In this document: positions 34,131 through 49,119 of the stretch, piece after piece | Layout of the letters: every line of letters starts with the position of its first letter | How positions within the stretch are numbered: the first letter of the stretch is position 1 | NCBI GenBank assembly: GCA_030390025.1 | Contig: CM059447.1 | Span: 19,964,001 to 20,028,000, forward strand | Direction: 5' to 3' | Source of the DNA: Squalus acanthias | Lineage: Eukaryota | Length of the DNA stretch: 64,000 nt | The notes under the pieces: model-generated | Database searches by the model: none | What the model was told of the DNA's origin: nothing | What the model saw: only the letters and a program-made list of their open reading frames with translations | Position numbers and translations under genes: made by a program

Positions 34131-35747
34131 CCTTAGTATATTCACAACCAACAGAGAGGAGAGGTGCATGGCTCACAAGGGGCAACTATGAAAGGCAAAC
34201 ACATTAAACGTATACACAAATTGAACTGTACATCTAAATAAAACTATTCATGTTCTATAGTCCTGTCATTCTTTTACTGTGCAGAAAAGAAATCATCAGC
34301 TTTCCGAAAGCTAAACAAATAAAGTCCTGTGATGATCCTTGTGGGCACCTCCAATGTCTTTGTGGCCACTGCATCAATGGTCATGGTGGAGTCAATTATA
34401 GGGACACCTTATAAATCTGTTCATTTTATACGGGCAAACTCAAGGCACAGTACATTCCCTGTAATACGTGTTAATATATTTCAGTACATTAAGATATTAA
34501 AATGAAGCTATTTTCAGCGCAAGCTCCTAAGGCCAGTCATACGTTCCAACTGGAAAGTCACACCCGGCACAAAATAGATGAAGATCCAGTGAGCTGGATC
34601 GCTGCCTGATTTTTCAACCACCCCAGCACCCAATCCACTCCGGCAATATCGGTGATGGTGGACGGAAAGTGTCTCCTATTGACAGCTCAGCCGCTAAACA
34701 TTTTTAACCAGAATGTGATCTTTTAAATACATTTGTAGGGGAGAATTTGTAGGTCATTTAAACTTCAGCAATTTTAATTAAGGAATAAGGTCCTTTTCAA
34801 GTTTTCCAGAAATCTATTTTTTGGCATTAACATTTGAAGTCAAGGATTTCAAGATAAGGTACTTTCTGATTATTTTAAATAAAGGCAACTTTAAACATTT
34901 CAATATTCAGGTATTTTTAACTGATTTTGCTTCGAAGCTAAATACAGTATTCATTCTTTGAAAATAACTTCTTGCTTTGTGCTTTACATATTTGTGCACA
35001 TACTTCTCTTTGTTAAGTATTTCACTCGTATCGCAGTAATATAGTTACTGACAGTGCTACTTCTAAATCACATTCACTGTGCACATTCACAGAGATCTTT
35101 GATTCAGCTGAATCGGAATGTATGAAATTGACCTGAAAGGGACAGGTTGGCTTGTTTGCAGGAGAGTGATATCATTTTCATCCCTTTAATTTAATTCAAG
35201 ATGTCTTTTGTATTTCAAGTCCAAAACATACCATTGACATAGAAATGAAGTCCACTTCAATATCTGCTGACTGCTAAAGCACTTTTGTATCCTACACTGT
35301 ACACAGCCGAGCTTCACGACTGAGCAAAGGATATAAACTGACTTCAGCACTGGAGATGTAACTTGTAATTGTGGTGTTTAAATTATAAAGTTAGCATTGT
35401 TGGATTCTGGAGTTCCTAAACATACAACAAATTCTGATGAAAATAATATCATAGAGTCCTGTCTTGAGCATGACTCAGTGCTTCAAGTCTCCTGCTTTTG
35501 GTGATTATTGTTCAACTGACAATTCGTTTCAGCAGCAGCAGCATAAAAGTGCATTTATTTCTGACAATCCATGTTACAGATAAGTGCCTGGGGCTGGGGA
35601 AACATATATGACGTATGGACCATCAGCGAATGCCAATTGTATATGAAATGAAATCAGAGTTTGGGAGCAAGGGAGCAGTAAACAAGGTGTCCAGCAGGGC
35701 AACTATTAGAATTGTGGTTGCATCTGGCAAAGCACATAATCTGGGCA

Positions 35748-35988
35748 AAGAAAGAAGACTTGCATTTATATAGCGCCTTTCACGACCACCGGACGTCCCA
35801 AAGCGCTTTACAGCCAATGAAGTACTTTTGAAGTGCAGTCACTGTTGTAGTGTGGGACACGCGGCAGCCCATTTGCGCACAGCAAGCTCCCACAAACAGC
35901 AATGTGATATTGACCATATCATCTGTTTTTTGTTATGCTGATTAAGGGATAAACATTGGCCAGGACACCGGGGATAACGCCCCTGCTC
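35748..35988 (-). mobile_element. Deu-domain SINE, 3' half
   Basis: Reverse complement of 26430-26656. Confidence 0.88.
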
Positions 35989-37923
35989 TATGAACCCCAA
36001 TGCACAGCCCGTGGGATGTGAGGATTCTCCACTGCACTCTACTGCCCCTCTGAGCTGTTATCCAGGGTATCATTGAGCTGAGTGATGCATCTGCTTGCAG
36101 GAGAGAAACAAGAGTAGGTAGAGAACTCCTCGTTTGACCACTCTCCTGCACGCTCTGTCTGCTGATATAGAGTGACATCTGTCTGGGTTTAGGAGAAGAC
36201 CATTCAGTCAAGGTCTCAGTAGCAGGACCAGTGATTGCATCGGCCACTTTTTGCCAAGTCCTAAACAAAATAGGGTGCAGAAGGAGCAGTGTGGGGGTGA
36301 GATCAGGGTTTGAGTTCTGATGCTGTCTTTGCTGCTGACGAAAATTCAACGAAAACCTTAACAATCCTAATAACTGATGTCTCCAAATCATAAGATACAG
36401 AAGAGGAGATTAGGATTTCTGTTTTAAAAATGCAGTTATTGGTGTTTGGTTTATAAACAGAGCACTGAAAACTTCCAAGAAGGGATGAAGAATTGAGAAA
36501 TTACAAAAAACAAAATAACATTGTTTATCAAAAATAACAGCTACAAGGAGTGATTTCTGCTGTAATCTAATTTTGAAGTTCCGATTCTGATTATAAACCA
36601 CTGTTCGGCTTTATGATGTCATCTGAAGCCCCTCGATTAGATTATAGCTAAGCAAATGATTCCCAGGCATTCATCATTATTGCCTATGTAATACACAATC
36701 AACAGAATTTAATTCAATATGCGTGGATCATAAACCACTTAATACAGCATGTACTGAATAGAAAAGTGCTATTTCACTGTAATCAGTGGAGAGAATATTA
36801 TTCAATTTTCAGATATTGGTTTCACAATTTTGAAAAAAAAACTATCAAACAACTTCTTCCAAAGTTGCTAACAGATTCCCGTAACACAGCAAGTGCGCAA
36901 AGCTTATCCGGTGTCACTTGTGCGCCTAAAAGCGCCCCATTCTAATCAAAAAATGTTACAGCAGATTAATATGTAACTTTCAGGAACATCTAATAAGTAT
37001 GATTGCCCCCCCCACCCCCCCCCCTCAAATTCTTACTTTACCTAAGTTGCACATGTGCCTGGGGAGTGTGATGTGCATCAGAGGGAATAATGGAAAGTGT
37101 GCTTGACATCAGCAGTTTATTTACAGACCTGACAAAGAACAAGAGGTGCCTTCTGGGTAAACATCACAGCTGAATTACAGTGCATTCACACTCCACGAAT
37201 ATAGGATCAAGGCAAACCTGAACCTGCTTTGCACCGACGGTTACAGTTATAATGTAGATCCACCCTTATCCTTTAGACTTTTACAGCTGAAGTTCAATAA
37301 CCACAGCACTGAACTGCCTCTTGAATGATTCCAGAGCTTTGCCTCCACTACCCACCTGGAAAGACAAGGATATACCTTCTGACTTATTCCCACAGAGATT
37401 TAACACATTCATACAAAATTCCTCTTGCATTTTAACACAAGTGTTAACCCATTCAAAATAGAGAACTTGGCACTGCGCTAAAATGCATGCAAAGGAATTT
37501 GGGAGCAGCGCTGGTCAGGAGATAAATTCTAAGAATTCAGGTAAATTCAGACCCGACAGAACTTTTAACGACTTATTCCATGCGTATCAGCCTCTATAAC
37601 TAAAACTAAATAAAATTCATCTGAGTAGACTTGTAGAAGACAATCCCAGCTGGACAACTCTATCAAACATAACACTGACCCAGCAGACTGTATTATCAGG
37701 CATGTGGGCCTACAGGGTGCCCTCCCGATAGATTTGTTGCCCGTTGCACAGTGTTGGATACCGCATTTCAGAATTTGGATCAAACCCAAATCAAACCACC
37801 AAGACATAGGATATTCAGATGTAATGTATTCAGAATTAATGTTGGCACAGCCAAGACCCACTCACAGGCTGCTTCTGGAACCTGCCATGTATTGTTGAAC
37901 AGGATGAGTCAAAAAAAACACGC

Positions 37924-38060
37924 GGGTTCCCCGATCTCCTGCGTAACTTCGATGGAAACCCCAGGGAAATGGTGTAAGCAGCTGTTTCTCCAGGGTTTCT
38001 GCTGATCCTCCGTCAAAGTTACGGCAGGAGATCAGAAGGACTTCTGCAGAAATTCCAGGC
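37924..38060. mobile_element. Short hairpin-type MITE fragment
   Basis: gatctcctgcgtaactt ... aagttacggcaggagatc inverted repeat; ends gaaattccaggc. Confidence 0.55.
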
Positions 38061-39616
38061 GTGCATCTCCATTGCAACTTCTCCTCATAGCAGGCAGTGC
38101 AAACATCCCTGTCCACCTGCTGCTGCTTCCATTTTAAATTTAAAATGGATGCAGTAAAGCAATGTACAAATATTTCTGCTCAAGGACTGTGTATATATAT
38201 ATATATATATAGACACAATCCGCCTTTGTGGATTCAAGTGTTGAGCCCAGATTACACCACCAGTTCACTACCAACACGTACTGGCCTGTGAAAGTCTCGG
38301 CACATCTGATCATTTCCCAATGGGAAATAACCAGTTCCACGAAAGGGTTCATAAAGGTGAATTGGAAGTAGCTCTGAGTATTAGAAGAAGAATTCTACTC
38401 CACAGGCATGGAGATTTGAACTAGTGGGTATTTGACAATCATTCATGATTGACTGGGGTAGATTATTGATTTTAATATTTTACTGTTGCTATTTTCATCA
38501 ACAGAAAGATGCCCAATATGTTACAGTCTGCAGGGAAGTAGTCAATTCATATGATAGATACCATTGGTGCATTTTGATTTATTTTGGAAGATGACAAGTA
38601 AATGTAAATTAGTTACATTATATTTACATACGGGGCATTAATAGTCTAATCAGTGTCCCTTATATGAAAAACTACATAAAATAAGTAGAGTCAGATGAAT
38701 TTTATGGCATATTGCTGATCTTGAATTTTTTTTTTTACACACTTTAAAAAGGTCTTGAAATTTTGATAGTCGGTAATATTGGCCAACGAAGATTTGGGCT
38801 GAATGATATTTAAATCTCCCATACTACAGTAGTAATATCTGTTTTGTTATTATAGATTATGTAGAAGTCGGAGTTCCATCAGGAGTGCGGTCTTTTGAAA
38901 TTATCCAGGAAGTAACCCAAACTCCTTCATCCATTAATTATACATTCCCCAGGCTATTCCTTGATTTTATCTGTTTTTCTAAAAAAACAATTGTGGTAGC
39001 TGGAGTGTAGTTTCCTCCCCTTATTAAACCATTAGCTTGGATAATGCAGAAATCTTTTAACCAGTTGAGGGCTGTATTATATATTTCACTTTAGATGACA
39101 CAAAGCATTTTCCGTTTTTCCTCGGACTACTGACAAACATAATGAAAACAAAGTCTATTCACATGAAACACGTCTCTGATCTATGAGAAAATTATACTTT
39201 TTTAAAATTTCGGAACACATGGTGCAAAACTACCATCACAGTTTCAACAATTAAAGTGTATTGCAGAGATAAAAGATGAAACTAATGCCCTCCTTCATGC
39301 AAACCTGTTTAATGTTCACATCAGTGCTCACTGCAGTGCTATCGCTGTTAGTCCTAATTTGCTGGCAAACAAAGCTATTTAACCAATTTATCATTTAATG
39401 GGCAGGATACTGGCAAGATCTGCCTTTCGCATTTACATTGCTTCTTTAATCGTGCACACAAACATATTCCAAACAGCATGAAGCATGTATATATGCATAT
39501 TAAAAATAAACATCAATGCATACAAGCATGTGTGTTATAATAGACCTGTCACACATCCAAACAGAAATATCTACTGAGCAAATATACAGACATTCGCAGA
39601 GCATATTCTGGTGCAT

Positions 39617-40246
39617 GAACATAAGAACATAAGAAACAGGAGCAGGAATAGGCCAATCGGCCCCTCGAGCCTGCTCCGCCATTCAATAAGATCATGGCTG
39701 ATCCAATCTTGGCCTCAACACCACTTTCCCGCTCTCTCCCCATACCTCTTGACTCCCTTGTAGTTCAAATGTCTGTCAATCTCCGCCTTGAATATATTCA
39801 ATGACTCCGCCTCCACAGCTCTCTGGGGTAGAGAATTCCAAAAATTCACGACTCTCTGAGAGAAGAAATTCCTCCTCATCTCCGTCTTAAATGGGCGACC
39901 CCTTATTCTGAAACTATGCCCCCTCGTTCTAGATACCCCCACTAGGGGAAACATCCTCTCAGCATCCACCCTGTCAATCCCCCTCAGAATCTTACATGTT
40001 TCAATAAGATCACCTCTCATTCTTCTAATCTCCAATGAGTACAGGCCCAACCTGCTTAACCTTTTGTCATACGTCAACCCCTTCATCCCAGGAATCAACC
40101 TAGTGAACCTTCTCTGCGCTGCCTCCAATGCAAGTATATCCTTCCTTAAATATGGAGACCAAAACTGTATGCAGTACTCCAGGTGCGGTCTCACCAACGC
40201 CCTGTAAAGTTGCATCAAAACTTCCTTACTTTTATACTCCATACCC
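39617..40246 (-). mobile_element. CR1 (HER1-like) LINE 3' end, young copy
   Basis: Uninterrupted ORF2 C-terminus MEYKSKEVLMQLYRALVRPHLEYCIQFWSP...GERAGKWC; (ttcttatg)n tail. Confidence 0.96.
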
Positions 40247-40779
40247 TGAGTTCCACAGATACATGCCCACAAAGGACATTCCCTTGCACACACATCCCTA
40301 ATAAGCATACGTTCATAAGTCTCTGCTTCTCTAGCACTGGGCTACTAATCATCCCTACTCCACCCTTGGTGGCTGCTTGTTCATCCACTAGGCTCCTGTA
40401 CTTTAGAACTCCCCGCCTGGCTCCCTCTGCTGTGTTACTTCCCTTTGCTCTCAAAACTCCACTAAAAATTATTTTCTTCATGTGTGCCTTCAATTCTCCA
40501 CCCGAATGTTCTGTTTTCCCTATTTTCCTCCTGGTTACTGTCCACTGCTTCCCCCAACCCCACCTTCTTAATGCAAAGCCCTTCCTGTATATAAAGATTT
40601 TCAACTTGTTTCATGAAAGTCGGCTGCTACTCAGATTCAGCCCCTCTGACTGACAAATACTAAATACTGTACCAAGAAAAATACCCTTCTCTAGCCAAAA
40701 TCCCCGTGACTCGACCTTGTATTCACAAACTACCATTTTTGGCCCACCCTAGCTGGTCCAACCTTGCGTGCACCATTCT

Positions 40780-41290
40780 TCCGACCCACTGTGTGCTCAC
40801 GCCCAGCTTCTGACCTCTTCTGTGGACATGCCCGCCCGCCCGGTTTCCGCTGCCTGTTAAAATCAACCAGCTGATATCCTGCCTGGATCCCGCTGTCTTT
40901 GATCTTAACCTGCTGTCTGAGCAGGCGGCAAAAGCATCTGCCTGACACCAACGGGGTCCTTCTATAAATATGCAGATGACTTCAGCAGGCCCAGACTGCT
41001 ATTTGAACTGAGCAGGGAAGCCGCTGAGGCTCCTCTGGGTGCAACAAGGAGAGATTAGGCCTTCCTTGCCCCAGAGTCCCCCCGGAACCCCGGTCCCCAC
41101 ACTTACCTTAGTGCTGGTGGGCAGCCAAGGGCTGCCTGAATTTCCACAGGTCAGCAGTCGCGTCCCACCCACTTCCCAGTTGGCCGGCGGCATGTTAATG
41201 ATGCCTGGTGATTAAAATCGGCACGGTCTCGTTCTGCCATGGGCGGGAACCTGACTCAAACCAATGGGTTCCCACCAGAAACCCATTGGC
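40780..41290. mobile_element. Degraded Harbinger-type MITE
   Basis: Shares cccgcc/ttaaaatc motifs and an acttacc core with 30001-30653; ends uncertain. Confidence 0.5.
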
Positions 41291-41559
41291 AGTTAATAGT
41301 CTGCCCATTGTCTGCATGCATGATACCTGCAGAGGATATATCAGCAAATGAGTGTGCACTGGTTGCCCACAGTCTATCGAATACATTCAGCGATCCAGCG
41401 CTCCCAGTGGACTATCTACTGGAAGGAGGTGCAGGTCAGGGAATCGGGACTACAATCGCAGAGCAGGGGTGTCAAATTTACCCTGAAGTGTTCAATCTAC
41501 TTCCTAAACAAAACCCTCTGCACAGATTCCAACACACATCCTCCTTCATTTTTGAAACA

Positions 41560-41785
41560 AATACATAAAATGCGAGAAATGCACTGCAGATTGCAGCTAG
41601 AAAAAGATGGGTTAATGCTTCAGGTTTAACCATTCATTGGAAATGGTATTCATCAGTTCTGACAAAGGGCGACACTAAAAAATTTACTTCCTTTTGTCTT
41701 TCAGGCACTGATCCCCCCTGATGTGCAACATTTTCTATTTTTAATTCCGATTTCCAGCATTCCTGCTATACCTTTTATTTTTTCA
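41560..41785. mobile_element. Degraded PLE-derived repeat
   Basis: cttcaggtt..., cagttctgacaaaggg..., ccgatttccagcat; similar to family 2. Confidence 0.5.
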
Positions 41786-42883
41786 TGTATTCTGTTTCTT
41801 TAAACTGATCTCAGATGTTTTAGTTATGAACGAGGAAGATATACAAAGGAAGCAATACCATATGAATTCTAGTATAATTATAAAACATGTCTCAGAAATA
41901 GCATAAAAGCAATACTAACAATAAGAACTTATACCCTAGAGTACTGTACTTACATAGGTTGTAACAATATGCCTCCGGGATGACATGAGTTTGAACACCA
42001 TTATTCATCAATATCTCTCACTTTTGCATGATTAGTTTAATGATATTTCCTTCTTGCACAACATTTAATATTTAATGTGCATTTGAAGCTTATGTAGTTA
42101 AATAACCTCTTTTTTATTGTATTTTCAAGAGTTTACATTCACATCCACATATATATTTTAGGAAGTCATTGTACATTTTGGTTGCACGGTGTTTGTGAGA
42201 GGAGTACATCGATACATTAAGATTTATTGGTGCACCTAAGCTTATGCAGAGAGCAATCTGGGTTTAAGAATTGAACCAATTTGTTTGATCTTGGTCCTAG
42301 GCAGTTCGGGTGACTCGGGGAAATGGAATCTGACTACAGGCGGTCCTATTGGTTGCGGTCCTTCCCTGTAGCTAGCTTACTTCTCCGATGGTGTTGACCT
42401 GCTTTCTCCTCCTGGGAGATGGTTTTGGGTGTTGGGGGTGGGCAAGGTTATGTCTTCAATAATAAATTACAGGTTACTAGGTGTTCCACCAGTTCCAGGC
42501 AGAAGCCAGACATCACTTGTACAGTGATATGTAGTAAAGGTGCTTTCGCCACATACTTGTTGTGAGTAGACCCTCACTCCCCCACAGAGTGGGAAAGCAC
42601 CTTCTGGCAGCTAGCTCCAAGAGTGGTGGTAGCTTGTACACTATCGAAGTTACCTGGTTTGCAGCGGGTAGACCCAGCAAGCATCAGTTGGGTTCTCTGA
42701 AATTGTCCCGGTCTCTCGGACTGCTAGCTGTAAGAACTGCATCCAAATAGATGTCCAGAATGCATGCGGAAGGGTTCTAGCCATCAGGCTATCCTGATAT
42801 GTAAGTCATCAGCTCTGTTGAAACTAGCATTATGGAGGCTGCTGCCTTGATCCTAGGAGGCGAGTGTTAACCTTTGAAGCTGT

Positions 42884-43420
42884 GGGGCTGATTTTAAAAC
42901 TGGCGTTCCAGATGGCCTTGCAAGTGGTTGCGTTGCTGGTGGGGCCGGGGCTCTCCCCCTGTTAAGTGACCTGAGATGCCAGCAGATGCGCTGAGCAGCA
43001 CAGAGCCGGCAGGTCAGCTGTTTCAATTACTGAGGTGCCAGAAGGCGTGAAGGAGGCGAACGCTGCAATGAATTAGCACTCACCTCATGCTTTTATCTTT
43101 CCCAGGCTGCCCGTGCAGGTTGAAGATGCAGTTGTGTCGGCAATGGCTGGCCTCTATGTGGTCCCTGGGCCCACAGGTCAGTGTGGAGGGAGATCAGGGA
43201 TGAGGTGAACAAAGTTTGCTGGCTGCCGCTTTCTGTTTTAAGTGGTTTATTCCAATTTATTGCACGCTGCGCTTGGAGGCATTTTCTGCTGGAGGCTGTG
43301 GCTTGTTTTTTTGTTTATTTTTTTTTTAGTTCTGAAGAGGTAATAAATCAAAAAAAGATCGAGATTGGAGTCCAGAGATTAAGTTGCTGGCCAGGTCGTG
43401 ACATCATTGGAAGTCTCAAT
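42884..43420 (+). mobile_element. Decayed Harbinger element with Myb remnant
   Basis: ggggctgattttaa terminus; WREIRDEVN remnant at ~43184. Confidence 0.45.
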
Positions 43421-46400
43421 AACCTTTCTTAAAGCTCCTTAAAAATACTGTCAACCATAAACAGAAATTTAATTTAAAAAGGAATGTCTAGTACCAGAAG
43501 AGATTTTTGCTCTGACAGCTTTAGTGCTTTGACTACCGAAAAGCACATTCAGTTTCAAACCATCATTATTTCCAGAGAAATAAAAAAAAAAGTTTTAGAT
43601 TAGCTTCTAATGATGACCACAAGTAACCACAAGCATTTATTAATTGATGGTGTTCTGGCAATAAACACTCTCAGCAATACCAATGTAATCTTGTGATAAC
43701 TTTGATTTTGGTACAAAATTTCGAGTAAATTCTCCAGGGTAATCCGTAAGGCCTGTGGAGGGATTGGATTTACATGAAAACTTGCCCACTGTGTTTCTTT
43801 AAATAGGGCTTAGACTTAAGTCTGTATTCAATGGCTTTAAAATCTAACTCAATTCCTTTTAACAGAACTGCAGCAGTAAAACCATGCTTAACCCTTACTT
43901 TCATTTGCTGTTTTGACCAATTGGGCAAATCTCGACTGAGCTGGGTATTGAGTGCCACAATATGTCCTTTCATCTCTGGTTTTGAATTGATAGCTGTAAC
44001 AGTCGGAAACCAATTGAGCTTGGACAATTCCAATGCAGGTTCTTGGGGGCACAAGTGCACAATACAAAATTGGCCACAACTTGACGACAATTAGCACTAA
44101 GTTGGGAGTCTCACTCAGGGAGGCCATAAGGTTGGCCGTGGGATGAAGGCGTTTTGGTCAGGTCGGAGTATTTCACCGAATGCTGCCCGTTTCTCTGTAC
44201 CAACAGCCCCTCACCCTGATGAGCATAAAATAAATAAATGGTTACTCAGTTGCATATTACATGCATTTCCCTGCATTGTCTGATGCTTGGAATAACTGAA
44301 AATAGAAAGTAGGGGTTTAAAAATATTTTGATAGTATTTCCATCCATGGTCTCTGGCAGGCTGGTGGATAAGCAACCATTTCTCTAAGAGTCTAGTGGGA
44401 GGGGGGTGTTGTCATCCCGAGCAGTTTAATGTTGAATATACGTCAGGAACCCTGACTGTTTAATGAAAGCACTTCCTATTCATGCTCTGACTGTTCAATT
44501 TGAGCTTCCAATTAAGACAATATGAATTTTTGAACACCCTCGTTCAAATCCAAAGTCTGAATTTATCTGAATACTGAACACTGAAGTGGAGTCGAATGTC
44601 AGTTGACCAGCATTCGAATGCTGCTGCCCTCAATGGGAAAATAATGCCAGTTATTGGTTGGGATGCTAGATGGAGATGTACCGACAAGAGTATTTCACCT
44701 CAGGGAGGGAAAGAAGAAACTGACAAGGCTAGGAAGAATGAGCACATTTTGTGAAACATGGATTTGGATGGGTGAGATTCACAATATCTGAACTGGACTA
44801 CTGGAGCAAAACACTGCTTTAAAATGAATACAATGAATAAATAAAACATCTTTTCCCTATTACTGCAGCTACTGGTGCAAGAAATCCAATGTATAATGAG
44901 GGTTTGCACTCACTGAATGGATTAACAGCAAAAACACTACCAAACAGGCACAGGAGTGAGGAATGCACAGAACCAGTAATATAATCCCCACATGCTGGAG
45001 AAAACTTTTAACTATATATTTATCTAATCGACAGCCTTTCACATTTATCTGTTTTGCCGGCTTAGCTTCAAGGATCTTTTTGGACCTGCAGGAAGCCATC
45101 ACTTGTCAGCTGGTTATGGAGAGACATTGTTACAGACCATGGAGAAGTCCATAGTTCCATCTGAGCCCCTACCCGCGCGCCCTTAGCACAGAGGAGTGCC
45201 CACAGGGGACAGCAATAGGGGAATGTGAATTCAGGAAAAAAAAAATGCTCGGACCCAGATATAAATTGTTATTGACCGCACAGAAGAAAGCTGATTGGTG
45301 CATTAACCCAAGTATAGGTTAATAATGTCCAGAGGCATTTTTTGATCAAACTGCCTTCTTCTGGCTAAAAATATATTATGGTTAACGGTTTTTGTTGAGC
45401 ATAGATTGCAACCAAATAGGGCAAACAACCACATCTTTTATAATAGTAGCCCCCAAAACTCCACTCCCTTGCCAATAATTTAAGAATTGCGCCATTGAAA
45501 TGGAAGATTGTTTGAATTTTGAATTCTTCAAATTTAGTCTGATTGGAAAAGAATTGTGGCAGATCAACTGTCTTCTGCCAACACAGATCAAGAGGATTTT
45601 GATTTGTTATTTGCTTCACGTTTTCCTTCTGAGCACAAACACTGGAGACAGTGTCCCTTTAACCGCTTTACCAGTGGTGAGCATACACATTATACGTTGT
45701 AACCAAATATAATGTGATTGGTGAGCTGGCAGAACAAAGTTTCAAGGGGTAGCAAAATCCCTACCATGTCCTACTCAATTTGTGCAGCATTATGCCCAAA
45801 ATACAAGTTACTACTATTTAGAAATGGCTGTAATTGATTTGATAGGGTTAATGGCCCTATTAACTAGAAATTGCTATTAACGTGGTGAGCTATACCCATT
45901 TATCATGTTGTTGACACACAGGTTTTCAGTGCGGTTTGAGCTTGTTCCAGGGCACTATGTACCAAGGGATAGTTTTTAAATATTTTATTCATTTTTTTTT
46001 TTAGGTAAAATCATTTGGCATCGAGTATCATCTCAGTGCCATCACTTACCATTGGAAAGTGATAACCATAGATGGAATCCATTTTCCTGAAGTAAATTAA
46101 ATTTAAACTGTACTATTCTGAAGAAGGCAATTTGATCAAAATGTACAAACACATTATTATGATGCAATGTCCTTTTATCTTCAGTTAGCCGGGAATGAAT
46201 CCAGCAGAGAAGAATGGTCAAGTTTCGGCCATCAGCTGACTGGTAACTGTCCTAAGGAAATCAGTTCTGCAAGCCTCAATCAGGTCTTTGTAAACCAACA
46301 TTCACTGACCATGGCAGCCTAACATTTAGCTTCTGAGCTACTAGGAATTCATTAGTTTCTTACTATTGTCAGCATTATGATACTTCTGTCTTGGAATTTT

Positions 46401-47173
46401 AACTCCCAGTTCCATACCTCCATGTTGCACTTCTTGCAAACTCAGCAGCTTTTGAACACTGTGACCTCCAATCTAGTATGCTCCTCATGAATAGACGCCT
46501 AAAACACCCTCTATATAACACACCTCTCATTTTAACACACTTTCATGGCTCCCAAAGGAAGCATTATAAAGAGGATCTACTATTATTTTGCTGCAAATTT
46601 CTGATAGTGAGTCATCTTAAAATTTAAACATAAAATTCAATTCCTTAATCATTTTATTTGCAATAAAATGACATGAAACTAATTATTTTTCAATAGCTTT
46701 CATTTAGGACTATCTATTCAGAGAGAACCAGGAATTAGTGACCAAAGAGGGAATACTTAAAAGTGCTATAGCCTTGTTTGGGGTGCACAACTCTGTCAAT
46801 AGTAAGAGATCCATATAAACAATATAACATTGTTATAATTTAACATGTTGGATGGGAAGGAGGGAACTGAGTACTGTTACTGTTGGGAAGAACAGATGGC
46901 ATTGACTTGCAGGGGGTAAAGTAGAAGTTTTGTACATGAAAGGGAGTTGGAGAGTGTCAAGTCTTCTTAAGTCTCAGCTTCACACGGGTCTTGTAGTGAT
47001 TATAACTTCTGATGAAAAGAGTTTCTAAACTGCACAATGCACCTGCAAGAGCACAGTATTGACAGTTGTGTCATCAGTTTATGATGTGAATACATGTACC
47101 TTATGTAATAAGGGATACAGATTATGGGAAGGATACTACGGAAAGTGTTTGCATACAGCAAGACCCATCTAAC

Positions 47174-47628
47174 TGTCAGCCGTGGCTCAGTGAGTAGCCC
47201 TCTCACCACTGAGTCACAAGGTTGTGGGTTCAAGTACCCACTCCAGAGACTTGAGCACAAAAATCCAGGCTGACGCTCCAGTGCAGTGCTGAGGGAGTGC
47301 TGCTCTGTCGAAGGTGCCGTCTTTCGGATGAGACGTTAAACCGAGGCCCCGTCTGCCCTCTCAGGTGGATGTAAAAGATCCCATGGCCACTATTTCGAAG
47401 AAGAGCAGGGGAGTTATCCCTGGTGTCCTGGCCAATATTTATCCCTCAACCAACACATCAAAAACAGATCATCTGGTCATTATCACATTGCTGTTTGTGG
47501 GAGCTTGCTGTGCGCAAATTGGCATTTCCTACATTACCACAGTGACTACACTTCAAAAGTACTTCATCGGCTGCAAAGCGTTTGGGACATCCTGAAAGCC
47601 TTTATATAAATGCAAGTCTTTTTCTTTC
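47174..47628 (+). mobile_element. Near full-length Deu-domain tRNA SINE (SacSINE1-like)
   Basis: A box tggctcagtg, B box ggttcaagt, Deu domain and L2-like tail ataaatgcaagtcttt. Confidence 0.9.
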
Positions 47629-49119
47629 TAATCTCACTGCTGCAATGATCCTGTAACATCTGTAAGTGTGACTACATTTGGTAACAGTATAACAGCTATC
47701 AATTTTACTCACATTAGTGACACGTGACCCGATTTCGCACAACGTCAGAAGTAAATATGGAAAGTTTGAACTTCACTTTAGAAATGTTGAAAATAAATAT
47801 TTTTGAACCTCCTCCTAGCCACAACAGTACTCTCCTTCAATCAGCGAGGTAGAACGTCTGAGCTATGGATTTCTGCAAAATATGATGAATGCGTGTTTCT
47901 GGAGTTGTGTTTTGATGATGCAGACAGACCGTTGGCTGTTCGCTCTTCTGCTGTGTATGTAATTCAATGTACCAAACTATTTCCCACTCTCTAAACATAT
48001 ATTTCATATGTATTATACATATATTAGAACTTTCTGCTCACTCCCATTACATAGGTGGCCAGGCTGTGACAATTAAATGAATAATTATAGTGTCCAAGCA
48101 CAATGCGTTCCCCGATTGGCTGATTTTACCCAACACAATAAGTCTTATTATTCCATGGCCCAATTTCACCCAAAGGTAGAAGAACATGTTAAATGCTTTA
48201 TTACAAAGTCATTTTTAGAATATATAATTTATAACAGTAAAGGATTCTCTGTTTAATTTTTTATTCAGTTGTGGAAAGAATGATTAAATAGGCTGAGGTA
48301 TAAATATTACAAATTAGTAATTTTTACATGCTGAGGATTCTATTATATGGAAACCCCTGAACCATGAAGTTCAAATATAAAAGAGTAAGTTTATGTTAAT
48401 TAATTGAAATTCTGGTGCAGTGGTGCTAGTTTCATAACAGCCTGAGTAACGGATTGTGTACTTGTCATGTACACAATCCTGGTCCCGAAAGGGATTCTTA
48501 CATGAATCAATTTGACCCTGTTACATTTCTAAACAGATGTAAATCTGCTTTTATGCCAGACAGCATCAGTGGTCATTACAAAGCAGCTCACTGTCAGGAA
48601 TGTCTGAAACAATGTGAGAATCTCCATGAGGTGAGCTTATGCACGAGTGTGCATCTGGTTGAATATTAACCCTTCCTTCAAGACAAAATTACAGCCCAAG
48701 TTTAAATAAAATGTCTCAAAGGTGGCCTGTCTTTAGGATCCTGCTGCTATTTCCTGAAGTCAACAAAGCTTCACATCTGAGTGGCATGAAGAACATAGGA
48801 AAGAGTGAGAATGGACAAGGACATTCAAAATCCATGCAAAGTAACTGATCGCCATTGGACTGCAATGTAAGTTTACATATGTTGGCTACTGCCCCAATTA
48901 GGATCAACGTAGGCAAGGAGGGGGGTCAGGGGTGGATACAATGCAAATGTTTTATATTTGATAAAGGTCAGGGGCAATTCAAGTTTCACTCACGCAGAAC
49001 TCTCAACAGATCTATGACTATATACACTTCTCTGCCTCTCTTCTTGGCTTTTGGATGTTATTGGGCCAATATTCAACATTTTGCCCTCTCCTCTCTTGCT
49101 CTCTAGCGAAAGAACACAA

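Noticed and set aside
35942-36391. 149-aa minus-strand ORF with an acceptor-like site near 36262
   Set aside because: No recognisable domain, no good donor, runs into a SINE, and lies upstream of the start exon.
38856-39010. Protein-like open frame DYVEVGVPSGVRSFEIIQEV after a tag acceptor
   Set aside because: No convincing donor or family match; consistent with chance.
40183-40653. Overlapping 156-aa and 129-aa ORFs
   Set aside because: Span a CR1 5' truncation point and what looks like a decayed LINE tail; no coherent protein.
47174-47250. tRNA gene
   Set aside because: The A/B boxes belong to the tRNA-derived head of a SINE; no acceptor stem or cloverleaf.
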